Shown: piece by piece, positions 37,863 through 49,534 of the stretch
How the letters are laid out: every line of letters starts with the position of its first letter
Numbering within the stretch: position 1 is the first letter of the stretch
NCBI GenBank assembly: GCA_964475745.1
Contig: CAYYXO010000002.1
Location: 11,679-75,678, forward strand
Reading direction: 5' to 3'
Source: an uncultured Candidatus Saccharibacteria bacterium
GTDB lineage: Bacteria; Patescibacteriota; Minisyncoccia; UBA6257; JAKLIH01
DNA: 64,000 bases
The notes under the pieces: model-generated
What the model was told of the DNA's origin: nothing
Seen by the model: the letters and a program-made list of their open reading frames with translations, nothing else
Database searches by the model: none
Position numbers and translations under genes: made by a program

Positions 37863-38830
37863 ATGGACAATTGTCAAATAAAATTTTGTCAAAACAATAA
37901 GCTGATTAATAAGTTTTATTTTCTGGTTAATTTAGCTAAGGTGGCTAAGTGAAAAGATAAATCCATGGGGATTGATTTTTTTTCTGGCTATAAAATAAAT
38001 AAAATTTCTAAAAAGGAAATTGAAAAATTTAAGAAAATTTTCAAAAAAGTAGAATATTGAGATATAGAAAGAGTTTTTTACCAAGCTAACACTGAAGCAG
38101 GCGCTTTAAAAGGATTGTCAAAATATCTTGCAAAAAGTGATATATTGGAATTGAAAAAAATATTTAATTTTTTTGAAAAAGACTTTCTAACTCTTTATAA
38201 TAGTATTGATAAAAAACATAGCAAAGAATTAAAGGATCTATGAAAAAAGACTGAATACCAGAAGATTTTAAAAAAGCTGATTTATTTATTTGGAGACAAA
38301 AAGAAAAAATATAATCTAAAGGTAAAGATAGTATTTGAAAAAAACTTTGATGGTGTTTTTAGAGGCACAGTTTATGACGAAAATATTGTTTTGGAGGTGG
38401 CTGACTTAAAAGATAGATTTGATTTGTTGGAAAATATTATTTTTGTTTTGCTACATGAAATTACTCATGTATTTGTAAAAAGTAATGAGCTTATAAAATT
38501 TACAATAAATAAACTCGGCATTACTCGAAATACTGTTAATGTGATTAAAAAATATAATATTGATTTTGATAATTTTGCAGAAGAAATTTTGATCAGAATG
38601 TTTCTTACAAGAGGGTATTTTCGTGATAAAAACAAAGAACGTTTTTTAAATAATAAAAAAATAACTTGAAAACATGCAATAAATCAAAATCAAATACAAT
38701 TGCATTGTTTTAGTATGATGCTATATAAAAGTATGCATAAAGATGTTGAAAAATATGTTAAAAAAAACAAGAAAATTGACGATGAATTTTTATCAAAAAT
38801 GATAAAAATAATTAAAAGCAAGGTTAAATA
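37863..38830 (+). CDS. hypothetical HExxH-motif (putative zinc metallopeptidase-like) protein (about 322 aa, 3 in-frame TGA)
   Basis: LLHEITHVFV is an HExxH motif in a Lys-rich protein. It has an ImmA/IrrE- or SprT-like flavour, but the family is not identified. Confidence 0.45.
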
Positions 38831-38958
38831 AAAAGAGCGGAGAAGGCAATTTTTTTGGTTAAATTAGGCTAGTAAATGCTAGCTTTTTGAGGTATTGCAT
38901 AAAATTAAAATTGTTGATACATTGAGGTTGGCTTAATAAAAATTTTAAAAAATGTATC

Positions 38959-39573
38959 ATGATTTTATCTGACAAGGATATTAAAAAAGCCATTAAAGAT
39001 GGCGACTTGGTTTTTCGAGAGAAGCTTTCTTCTGAGCAGATTGAAGCAGCGTCAATTGATTTAAAATTGGGCCCAATTTTTAAAACTTTTAAGCATACTA
39101 GTGAGTCGTTATTGGATTTGAAAAAAGGAATTGACTTTGGTAAAATCATGAGCACAGAAGTGGTGGATAAAAAGAAGGGGTTTATTTTGCATCCAAATAG
39201 ATTTGTTTTGGTGAGCACAAAAGAATATATGAAGCTGTCAAACAAAGTGGCGGCAAGGGCAGAGGGCAAAAGTAGTTTAGCAAGAATGGGACTTTTGGTG
39301 CATACAGCTGGTTTTATTGATCCGGGATTTGAAGGAACAATTACTTTGGAAATAAGTAATCAGGCTGAAATTCCTATAGTGCTTTATCCTGATATGTATA
39401 TTTGTCAGATTGCTGTTGAATCTTTGTCTAGTCCATGTGAATTTTCATATAAAGAGAGAAAAAATCACTTTATCAAGACTCGGAAGGGCCAAAAGAGGCA
39501 AGTGCTCAAAACTTATTTAAGAAGAAAAAATAAAGATAAAAAAGCCAGGTTAACTTTTAACCTGGCTTTTTGA
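38959..39573 (+). CDS. dcd: dCTP deaminase
   Basis: 204 aa with a dUTPase-fold and AASIDLKLG...GFIDPGFEGTITLEISN typical of Dcd. Confidence 0.75.
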   Translation: MILSDKDIKKAIKDGDLVFREKLSSEQIEAASIDLKLGPIFKTFKHTSESLLDLKKGIDFGKIMSTEVVDKKKGFILHPNRFVLVSTKEYMKLSNKVAARAEGKSSLARMGLLVHTAGFIDPGFEGTITLEISNQAEIPIVLYPDMYICQIAVESLSSPCEFSYKERKNHFIKTRKGQKRQVLKTYLRRKNKDKKARLTFNLAF

Positions 39574-39638
39574 TGCTTGCTTTTTATTTTTTTATCTGTT
39601 AAAATATTTTTATATTAATAGTAATAAATTTTATTATT

Positions 39639-40325
39639 ATGTCACTAGTTTCATATAAAAATGTCACCAAGGTTTATAATGACAGTTGTCTAGTTTTAGA
39701 TGATATTTCTTTTGATGTTGTTGAAAATGAGTTCGTTTCTTTAGTGGGTAAATCAGGAGTAGGAAAAACAACTATTTTAAAAATGTTGTTTGCTGATGAA
39801 AAGCCAACAAAAGGTAAGGTTTTATTTGATGGCAATGATATTGCAGAAATGAAAGTAGACGAAGTTTCGATGCTGAGGCGTCAAGTGGGCATTGTTTTTC
39901 AAGATTTTAAACTTTTGCCTAAATTAACTGCTTTTGAAAATGTTGCTTTTGCTTTAGAAGTCGCTGGATATAGCGATGAAAAAATAAAAGAAGAGGTTCC
40001 AGAAGTTCTAAGATTGGTTGGCTTGAGCGATAGAGGCGATAATTTTCCCCATCAATTGTCTGTTGGTGAGAAACAAAGAGTTTCTATTGCTAGAGCTATT
40101 ATTCAAAAACCAGATTTGCTAATTGCTGACGAGCCAACTGGTAATTTAGACCCAATTAATACCTGGGAAATTATTAGGTTGTTATTGAAAATTAATGAAT
40201 TGGGCACAGCTATAATTCTTTCTACTCATGATAAAGAAATTGTTAATACTCTTGGAAGAAGAGTTATTACTTTGGAAAACGGGCGAATTGTTCGAGATGA
40301 AGAAAAAGGAAAGTATGTTTTGTAA
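39639..40325 (+). CDS. ftsE: cell division ATP-binding protein FtsE
   Basis: Walker A GKSGVGKTT, the ABC signature LSVGEKQR and Walker B LLIADEPTGNLD. It sits immediately upstream of ftsX. Confidence 0.85.
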   Translation: MSLVSYKNVTKVYNDSCLVLDDISFDVVENEFVSLVGKSGVGKTTILKMLFADEKPTKGKVLFDGNDIAEMKVDEVSMLRRQVGIVFQDFKLLPKLTAFENVAFALEVAGYSDEKIKEEVPEVLRLVGLSDRGDNFPHQLSVGEKQRVSIARAIIQKPDLLIADEPTGNLDPINTWEIIRLLLKINELGTAIILSTHDKEIVNTLGRRVITLENGRIVRDEEKGKYVL

Positions 40326-40364
40326 AATTAGTATCAATTTATTTAATAATTATAAATAAAAATT

Positions 40365-41309
40365 ATGGGTACATCAATAAGTACAAAATTAAAAAGAATT
40401 TTTAAAAGAGGAATCTTAATTTTAAAAAGAAATGGTTGGTTAACGGTAGCTACAGTCATAACCATGTTTTTAAGTATTTTAGTTTTTACTGGTGTTTTGA
40501 CAATGAACTATGCTTCAAATAAATTTATTGATCATTTACAAGATAAAATTGATATTAGTGTTTATTTTAAAACAGGCGTTGACGAGGGAGAAATTTTAAA
40601 TATTCAAGAAGAGATTGGCAAAGTCGAAGGAGTGGCTAGGACAGAATATGTTTCTAGAGAAAAAGCACTGACTTTTTTTAGAGAAAGATATGGTCACAAT
40701 GAAACAATTTTAAAAGCTTTAGAAGAAATAGGAGAAAACCCTTTGTCAGCTTCAATTAATATAAAAGTAAGCAGCCCTGAATATTATGAAACAGTTTTGT
40801 CATATATTGAAACATCAATATATAAAGACAAGCTAGAAAGAAAAAATTTTACTGAGAGTAGAGATTTGATAGAAAGAGCCTCTGGCTTTATAACGGGTTT
40901 AAAAATAGGCTCAATTGCCATTACTTTAGTTTTAACAACAGTGGCCGTAATAGTAGCCTTTAATACTATAAGAATTGCTATTTATGCTATGAGAGAGGAA
41001 ATAGGTATTATGAAACTAGTAGGTGCGTCTAATTGATTTATTAGAGGTCCATTTCTTTTAGCTGGATTTTTCTATGGATTAATTGCTGCTTTATTGTCGT
41101 TTGTTTTCTATATTCCGTTTCTTTTGAATTTTGGGAAAAAATTTGATGTTTTTGTTGGACAAGCAAGCATAACAGGAGGCTTCTTTTCAAGTTTTATTGG
41201 TTTGTTAATAGTCCAGCTTATTTTTGGAGCTATCTTGGGAGTTATTTCAGCTCTTTGAGCTATTGCTAAGCATTTGAATAGAAAGTTGCCATCTGCAGGA
41301 GAATGTTAA
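40365..41309 (+). CDS. ftsX: cell division permease FtsX (about 314 aa, 2 in-frame TGA)
   Basis: N-terminal TM segment, a periplasmic domain, and a C-terminal three-TM region with VGASN-TGA-FIRGPF matching the GATxGFIxxPF box. Confidence 0.8.
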
Positions 41310-41334
41310 ATTAAAACATTAAATAAAAAGACAA

Positions 41335-43155
41335 ATGGTAAAAAAATCTTCAAATAAAAAGATATCTTTTAAGCGGATGCTAAAGATATCCTGGTTTGCT
41401 TTTAAGCTATATATTAAGCCAGACAAAATAACTGGCATTTTATTGTTTATTCTAGAGATAATCGATCGTGCAAAAGGCATGGTTAGTTTTGTGATAGTGG
41501 CAAAAATAATTGATGTTGTGGTTGATATATTGCAGAAAGGACAAAGCGTTGATTTGGTTTTGCCTTATTTGATCGTTTTAGTTGGATGAAATGCCTTTTC
41601 AGGATTGATAAGTTTAAATAGGTGGTATTTGAGAAACAAAATGTCTCAAAAATTTTATTGATTAGCAGACATTTTAATTTTTGAACATTATAAAACATTA
41701 GGGGTACCTGTTTTAGAAGATCCTGAAAAAAACAATGCCATTAATCGTGGTAAAAGTGAAATTTTTAGAGTAGGTGATTTGTTTTATCAATTTATTTATT
41801 TTGTGGCTGGAGTGGTTAATGTGGTTATTTCTGGTATAGCAGTTTTTTATTTTTTACCAAAAGTGGTGTGGGTTCTTTTTATTTGGATTTTTTTAAAAAA
41901 CATCCCAGATTTGTGATACACCAAAAAAATGTATCAATATGGGTATAACAGCACAGAAGATAGGAGAAAATATAAGATGATTATTTATTATGTGTTAAAT
42001 AAAGTTAAATTGATTGAGCTAAGTATTCATAATGCTACAAGCTATATAAAAAATAAATATTTGGGATTTGTTGAAAAATATGTTTTGGGATGAATAAAAA
42101 TTAGAAAAGAAATGTATAAGGTCAGTTTATTTTTGGCTATTTTTGATGCTCTATTCCAATTTTGAGCATATTTTATGGTTGTTTCAAAAATTATTATAGA
42201 CAAACTGTCAGTTGGCAGATTGTATTTTTATATAAGCATGGTAAATAGATTTACAAGCTATTTGGAAGATATTTATCAAAGTCTGGTTGGCTTGTACGAG
42301 ACATCTTTAAGAGTTGATGATATTTTTATTTTCTTTGGCTTAAGGCCAAGTTTTCAAGATGGACATATTAAAGTTAAAAAATTTGTAAGCCCACCACAAA
42401 TAACTTTTGATGAGGTAAGCTTCAAATATCCCAATTCAAATAAATTTGTTTTAAAAAATTTAAATTTAAATATTAAGCCAGGGGAAAAAATAGCCATAGT
42501 TGGAGTAAATGGTTCTGGAAAAACAACTTTAATAAAATTGCTTTTAAAATTCTATTTAACGAGCAAGGGAAACATTATGATAAATAAGGATAACATTGAA
42601 GATATAGAGGCAGAATCTTATTATAAAAATGTTGGAGCTTTATTTCAAGATTTCGGTACTTTTGGCGCTTTAAATGCGGAAGACAATATTTTTATTGGCG
42701 ATACAACTTCTTTAAAAAATAAAGCAAAAATAAAAGATGCTGCTGTTCAAGCCGATGCTCATGATTTCATAAAAGAATATAAAAATAAATACAAGCAAAT
42801 TTTAGATGAATTTTTTGAAGGAGGCATAAGGCCAAGTTTTGGTCAATGGCAAAAAATAGCCATTGCTAGGTTGTTTTATCGCAATCCTTGGCTGGTGATT
42901 TTTGATGAGCCAACAGCTTCAATTGATGCAGAAGCAGAGTACAAGATTTTTAATAATATTTATAAGTTTTTTGAAAATAAAACAGTTATTATTATTTCTC
43001 ATCGTTTTTCTACTGTCCGCAATGCTGATCGGATTATATTAATTGATGAAGGAAGGATATTGGAGCAGGGAAATCACGAAGAATTGATAAAATTAAAGGG
43101 TAAATATGCTAAAGCGTTTAGATTGCAAGCAGAAGGATACAAAATAGAAAAATAA
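41335..43155 (+). CDS. ABC exporter, fused permease plus ATPase (about 606 aa, 5 in-frame TGA)
   Basis: Six-TM N-terminal half. The NBD has GVNGSGKTT, SFGQWQKIAIAR and VIFDEPTASID. The 41335 and 42175 segments are in one frame. Confidence 0.8.
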
Positions 43156-43163
43156 AAAAGGCG

Positions 43164-43200
43164 CCTGTTCTTGATAGAGCGGGCGCCGAGGTTTTTTGGT
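43164..43200 (+). terminator. rho-independent terminator after the ABC exporter
   Basis: Hairpin ggcgcc-tgttcttgatagagcg-ggcgcc followed by T's. Confidence 0.55.
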
Positions 43201-43202
43201 AT

Positions 43203-43406
43203 TTATTCTGTATAGTGTTTAATGATTTCTTCACATGAATGGACATCTTTTAACATGTTCCAGTTTGGTCCGTGACATCGTTTAAATACGATGCATTTTT
43301 TACATTTTGCGGGAGCATTTTTCTCGGATTTTTCAATCAACTGCTTATCTACTTCGAGAGTAATTTTTAAGAGATCCAAAAAACCTTCCGGATCTTTGTC
43401 TGTCAT
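43203..43406 (-). CDS. small Cys-rich hypothetical protein (67 aa)
   Basis: CKKC..C..C..C arrangement. Trp is TGG and there is no TGA. The composition differs from the surrounding sequence. Confidence 0.3.
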   Translation of the reverse strand: MTDKDPEGFLDLLKITLEVDKQLIEKSEKNAPAKCKKCIVFKRCHGPNWNMLKDVHSCEEIIKHYTE

Positions 43407-43488
43407 TTTTAGTTCCTTTCTTGTTAAGATTCAAATATGCCTATATGCCTTCTATTATACCATAGATTTTATTGTTTTGCAAATAAAA

Positions 43489-43517
43489 AACCCCGCCTGA
43501 TTAGGCGGGGTTTTTAG
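43489..43517 (-). terminator. hairpin terminator, bidirectional, likely for tRNA-Gln
   Basis: aaaaccccgcc-tgatta-ggcggggttttt. Confidence 0.5.
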
Positions 43518-43519
43518 TG

Positions 43520-43590
43520 CTGCGGGACTTGGACTCGAACCAAGATACTCGGCTTCAAAGGCCGATGTCCTACCATTAGACGATCCCGCA
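43520..43590 (-). tRNA. tRNA-Gln (anticodon UUG)
   Basis: The reverse complement folds as a 7-bp acceptor TGCGGGA/TCCCGCA with U1-A72 (typical of tRNA-Gln), D-stem GTCT/GGAC, anticodon stem TCGGC/GCCGA with loop CTTTGAA, and T-arm CTTGG-TTCGAGT-CCAAG. CCA is not encoded. Confidence 0.8.
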
Positions 43591-43714
43591 ATGTTTTTTC
43601 TTGTTTTTTATATATTACTATATTTTTGGTCAAAAATCAAGTTTTTTAAGTGGCAAATTTTTAATAATTTTGATATACTTTTATATAATTAAAAAAATAA
43701 ATTTAAAGATTATT

Positions 43715-44041
43715 ATGAAAAAAATAATTGTTTTGAGCTTTTATTTGGCTACATTGTTTTTGGTTTGCTTTTTTTGACAAAAACCCGTAGTGTGTTTTGT
43801 AGGATTGTTAATTCTTAGTATTTTGTATTTTGTATTTTTGAATAGAAAAAATGCTTTGATGATTTTTATAACCATTGGTCTTTTGGGTTCAATTTCTGAA
43901 GCTATTTGTGTTTATTTTGGAGCTTGAAGCTATACTATTCCTAATATCTTTGGCATTCCTATTTGATTGCCATTAGTTTGAGGTATGGCTGGCTTATGTT
44001 TTTGAGATATAAATCGATTCTTTCAAAAAGCTGACAATAAA
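43715..44041 (+). CDS. small hypothetical membrane protein (about 108 aa, 5 in-frame TGA)
   Basis: Three hydrophobic segments. It is invisible in the ORF track because of its TGA codons. Confidence 0.35.
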
Positions 44042-44125
44042 TAAAATAATAGAGCTAGTTTTTTGTTGTTTATTTTTTTGTTTTGTGGTACATTATTTTA
44101 AGTAACAAATCATTAAAAAATTATT

Positions 44126-45223
44126 ATGAATGTGGATTATTTTTATCATATTTTAGGCCAAAGTTTTTGAGGAAATGTCTTTTGAGGAAATACGCTTTGG
44201 CAATATGCAATTGCTTTTTTGGTGTTTTTGGCTGTTTTGTTGGTTTTAAAACTTTTTAAATCAATTGCCATTAGAAAATTGCAATATATTTGCCATAAGA
44301 CTATAAACGAGATTGATGAATTGGTAATGGAAGTGGTTGCTTCTATTGGTTGGTTTTTCTATTTAGTAGTGGCATTGTTTGTTTCTTTTAGGCTGTTAAA
44401 TATTCCAAATTTTTTAAATGTTTTAAGTGTCTTTGTTTTAGTCGTTTTTATTATTCTTTATGTAATAAAAATAATTGAAAAAATAGTTGTTTTTCATTTG
44501 AACAAAACAGCTGAAAAAATGAATGAAAATGGTGAAACAGAAGATAGAAAAGTTGACCCAGCTATTGTAAAGTTTTTGAGTAGTTTGTTGAAAGTTATTT
44601 TGTGGACATTGGCAGCGATAATTGTTCTTGAAAACTTGGGCTACAATGTTACTTCATTGGCAGCTGGCTTGGGTATTGGTGGTATTGCTATTGCTTTAGC
44701 AATGCAAAATGTTTTAGGAGATATTTTTGCTTCTTTTTCAATTTATTTTGATCAACCTTTTAAAGTGGGAGATTTTATTGTGATTGGCGCTGAAAGAGGG
44801 GTGGTCCAAAATATTGGCATTAAAAGTACTAGATTAAAAACTTTACAAGGAGAGGAATTAGTGGTTTCAAATAGAGAACTGACTCAAACTCAGATACATA
44901 ATTTTAAAAAAATGCAAAGAAGAAGAATTGTATTTAATTTTGGAGTTGTTTATAGTACTCCTTCGGCTAAGCTTAAAAGAATATTAGAAATTGTTAAAGA
45001 AATAACAGAGGATATTGATATTGTTGATTTGGACAGAGTTCATTTTGCTAAATTTGCAGAATTTAGTTTAAACTTTGAGGTGGTATATTTTTTAAATTCG
45101 AAAGAATACAATGTGTTTATGGATACACAGCAGGAAATTAATTTCCAAATAAAAGAAAAGTTTGAAAAAGAAAAAATTGTAATGGCATTTCCAACTCAGA
45201 CAATTCATCTTGAAAAAAATTAA
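44126..45223 (+). CDS. small-conductance mechanosensitive channel (MscS family; about 365 aa, 3 in-frame TGA)
   Basis: Three TM helices, then an MscS beta-domain with LAAGLGIGGIAIALAMQNVLGDIFAS...KVGDFIVIG...GVVQNIGIKSTRLKT. Confidence 0.75.
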
Positions 45224-45232
45224 AAATTTTTC

Positions 45233-47848
45233 ATGGAAAACGACAAAAAAATATTAATGATTGTCGATAGCAATGCCTTAATACATAGAGCTTACCATGC
45301 TTTGCCTGGGCTGACAGCTCCAGACGGCACATTGGTAAATGCAGTATATGGTTTTTGTTTGATTTTTTTTAAGGCAATAACTGAAATAAAGCCAGACTAT
45401 ATTGTGGCTAGTTTTGATGTTAAGGGAAAGACTTTTCGCCATGATGAATTTGAAGATTATAAAGCAACTAGAGAAAAAAAAGCAGATAATTTTTACCATC
45501 AGATACCAATAATTAAAGATGTTTTAAAAAGTATGGATGTTTTGGTTTTGGAAAAACAAGGATTTGAAGCTGATGATGTAATAGGCACAGTAGCAGAAAT
45601 GACCAAAGATGAAAATTTAGAAACAGTGGTGGTTACTGGAGATTTAGATACTCTGCAGCTTTTAAGAGAAGATTTAAAAGTATGAACTTTAAAAGTTGGC
45701 ATCTCAAACAGTGTGGTTTATGATATTAAAAAATTTAAAGAAAGGTATGAGCTGGAAGTTGATCAGTTTGTTGATTTTAAAGCATTAAAGGGAGACCCTT
45801 CAGATAATATTCCTGGAGTTGCTGGGGTTGGAGATAAAACGGCTATGGATGTTTTAAAAAAACATGGTAGTTTAGAAAAGCTATATCAAGAAATAGATGG
45901 TATTTTAGCTGACCCAATGCTGAAGCCAAAAGATAAAAAACTTTATTTAAAATTAAAAGAAGCCGAAGACGAGGCTATGTTTAGCCAACATCTATCTATG
46001 ATAAAAAGAGATGTAGAAATTGATTTTAGTTTGGCTAAGGCAAAATTTGATTTTAAAGAAAAAGAAAAAACAGCTAAAATTTTTAGAGAGCTTGGCTTTA
46101 CTTCTTTAGTGGCCAAGCTAAACATGAATATGATTGAAAGCGCTTCAAAAATAAAAGATACAAAAAATAAAAAAGAAGTAAAGATGGCGAGTGACTTAGC
46201 AGAATTTCAAAAAGAATTGAAAAAAGAAAAGATTTTTATTTTAGAAAATGAGCAGACAAATGAAAAGGAACCAGGATTGATCTTGTTTTTTGAAAAAGAA
46301 GAATATTTTGTTTGAGTAAAAGTTTTGAAAGATAATATAAAAGATATAAAAGAAATATTAAAAAATAGAGATTTGATTGTTTTTGATGCTAAGAATTTGT
46401 ATTATAAATATGCAAATTGTTTTGAGAATTTTTGTTTTTATGATTTAAAAATAGCTTTTTGGCTTTTGGATTCTCAGAGAAAAGATTACACTATAGAAGC
46501 TATGGTTAAAAAACTTAATATTAAGAGTGAAAAAGCTTTTAGTTTTTTATATAACTATGATATAGAGGATTGGGTTTTGCTTTTTAACGATCTTTACAGG
46601 ATTAGTTGGTCCAAAATTATTAATTTGAAGTTGGAAAGAGTTTTAAATGAAATTGAAAAACCTTTGATAGGGGTTTTAGTTGACATGGAAAAAAATGGTA
46701 TAAAACTTGACGTAAATTATTTAAAAAAAGTCAAAGATCAAATTAGATTGTTGATTTTAGAGCTAGAAGAGGAAATTTATGAGTTGGTGGGTGAAAAGTT
46801 TAATGTTAATTCACCAAAGCAATTATCGGAAATTTTGTTTGAAAAATTAAAAATATCAACAAAAGGATTGGCAAAAACAAGTACTAAAAAAATATCAACA
46901 AATAGCGATGAGCTAGAAAAGATTTTAGAAAGCCATGAGGTAATATCAAAGATTATAAAATATCGAGAATTGTCAAAATTGGAAAATTCTTTTTTAAACA
47001 CTTTGCCTAAGTTTGTAAGCAAAGAAGATGGTCGCATTCATACGACTTTTGTGCAAACAGGAACAGCTACAGGCAGACTTTCTTCTGACACGCCTAATTT
47101 ACAAAATATTCCAGTGAGAGGCGAGACAGGATCTTTAGTGAGAAAAGCTTTTGTGGCAGAAGAGGGTTGAGATTTGGTTTCTTTTGATTATTCTCAGATG
47201 GAATTAAGAATCGCTGCTAAGCTTTCAAATGACCCAAAAATGTTGAAAGCATTTAGAGAGGGAAAAGATTTTCATCGATATACTGCCAGCCTAGTCAATA
47301 AGATTGATTATGAAAAAGTAACAAAAATTCAGAGAGATAAGGCTAAGGCACTTAATTTTGGCATTATTTATGGTATGGGCTCAAAAGCTTTTTCTTTATC
47401 AGCTAATATTTCTAGGGATGAAGCTAAAGAATTTATAAAGCAATATTTTCAGATATATGATGAGTTAAAAAATTTTATGGAAGGTTTAAAAAATATAGCA
47501 AAGGAAAAAGGCTATGCAGAAACATTGTTTGGGAGAAAGAGATTTTTGCCTTTTATTGGTTCAGTTGGCATGCAAGCAGCGATGGATGAAAGAATTGCTA
47601 TAAATATGCCGGTGCAGGGTTTGGCAGCTGATATTATAAAATGCGCCATGGTAAAGATAAATAAATATTTAAAAGATAATAATTTGCAAAATGAAATAAA
47701 AATGGTTTTGCAGATTCACGATGAATTAATTTTTGAAGTTAAAAAAAATGTGACAGAAAAAGAAATTTTTGATACAATAAAAAACATCATGGAAGAAAAT
47801 GAATTTGATATTTTATTAAAAGTTGATAATAAAGTCGGCAAAAATTGA
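45233..47848 (+). CDS. polA: DNA polymerase I (about 871 aa, 3 in-frame TGA)
   Basis: A 5'-nuclease domain (LLMIVDSNALIHRAYHA.., GDPSDNIPGV) and a polymerase domain (RIHTTFVQTGTATGRLSS, AEEG-TGA-DLVSFDYSQMELRI matching EEGWxLVxxDYSQIELR, QIHDELIFE). The 3'-5' exo region appears degenerate. Confidence 0.9.
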
Positions 47849-47867
47849 GGCGATTTAAAATAAAAAT

Positions 47868-49223
47868 ATGACAAAAAGGGAGATAAAAAAATTTTTCGAA
47901 AAAATAAAAGTAGCAGCTAAATTCTGATCTTTTTGATTGGTGACTATTTTGATAATGTTGAGTTTAGGCTGTTTTTTGTTTAGAGTGATTGATAATAACT
48001 TGGTGATTTTAGATTATGGATTTCTGGTTTTGCCAGCAGCATTATTTGTTTTGATCTTTTTTTTAATTGATGTTATTTATCGAGTTGCTAACATAGAGAC
48101 AGAAAAAAGCCAAGTGGATGGAATGATGTTTGGTATGCATGATGCGGTGATTGCCTATGACCAAGATTTTAAAATAACTTTAGTCAATGAATCTTTAGAA
48201 AGGCTATGCAATATAAAAAAAGAAGATATTTTAGGTAAAAAAATAACTCCAGAATGAAATAATTTTGAAAGATATGCTTTATTAACAAAAATTGTTTTTC
48301 CTTCTTTAGCTCCGGAAATGTCTCGTTTGTCGCCAAGTGCAAATCCATCTAAAATACTGATAAAACTTTTTAAACCAAAGGAATATATTTTGGAAATAAT
48401 AACCACCAAGGTAAAAAACTTATATGATCATTCTTTTGGCTTTGTTAGAATCATAAAAGACAGAACAAGGGAAAATCAATTGTTAAAAAGTAAGTCGGAT
48501 TTTATTACTATAGCGGCGCATCAATTAAGAACTCCGCTAACAGGAATTACTTGGGCAGTTGAAGTAATGCATAGAAAAGAATTGGGAGAAATAAATGCTA
48601 GTCAAGAAAAAGCGTTAGGCCAAAGCTTAGAAGCTCTAAGAGAAATGTCTTTAACAATAGATGAATTATTAAAAGCAGCAAGCATTGAAGAAGGAAGATT
48701 TGATTATAATTTTGAATTAGGAGATATTATTTCCATTACTAATGATGTTTTAAGGGCATCTTTGATAAAAGCTCAGCAAAAAGAAGTTAAACTTCTTTTT
48801 TATCCACCAGGGTTTAAGCTACCCAAGTTTGTTATGGATAGAGAAAAAATAAAAACATTGATGGTTAATTTGATTGATAATGCCATTAAATATAATGTTG
48901 AAAAAGGAGAGGTGAGGATTAAAATAACACAAGTTATTGACAAGCCGTTTATTAAGGTTAGCGTTGAAGATACTGGTATTGGCATGAATGATCATGACAC
49001 AGAAAATGTTTTTGAGAAGTTTTATAGAGGTCAAAGTGTTTTGAAATCGCATACTTCTGGTATTGGTTTAGGCCTATATATTTCAAAAAACATTGTTTTA
49101 AATCACGGAGGTCAAATATGGGTTGATTCAGTAGAAAAAAGAGGAAGCGTGTTTAGTTTTACTTTGCCACTTGATCAAAACTATATTCCGCCGCAAATGA
49201 AATCGCCCTTAAACACTTTATAA
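47868..49223 (+). CDS. sensor histidine kinase (about 451 aa, 4 in-frame TGA)
   Basis: Two TM helices, a PAS-like segment, the HisKA H-box IAAHQLRTPLTGI and HATPase_c N/G boxes (LIDNAIKY, DTGIGM, GIGLGLYISK). No response regulator is adjacent. Confidence 0.8.
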
Positions 49224-49272
49224 GCAAGTAGTTAAAAAGTAAAGGTCGAGTTAATAAAAACAAAAAAATATT

Positions 49273-49521
49273 ATGAACAAGAGGATAGGGATAATCACTC
49301 ATGTTTTTGATAGAATAGGCGTGGCGATAGTTTACCTAGAAGACAATTTAAAAATAGGAGATGTCATAAGAATTTCTGGGAAAAACGCTGAGTTTACTCA
49401 AACAGTGGACTCAATGCAAGTTGATAGACAGGGAATTGATTCAGCGCAAAAAGGAGCTACGGTAGGTATAAAGGTAAATGATAGTGTTCAAGAGGGTGAT
49501 GAAATTTTCCTAGTGGAATAA
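49273..49521 (+). CDS. small hypothetical protein (82 aa), possible EF-Tu domain-2-like beta-barrel
   Basis: It has a GDVIRISG...GATVGIKV...GDEIF pattern. The assignment is weak. Confidence 0.3.
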   Translation: MNKRIGIITHVFDRIGVAIVYLEDNLKIGDVIRISGKNAEFTQTVDSMQVDRQGIDSAQKGATVGIKVNDSVQEGDEIFLVE

Positions 49522-49534
49522 ATAAAAATTAACA

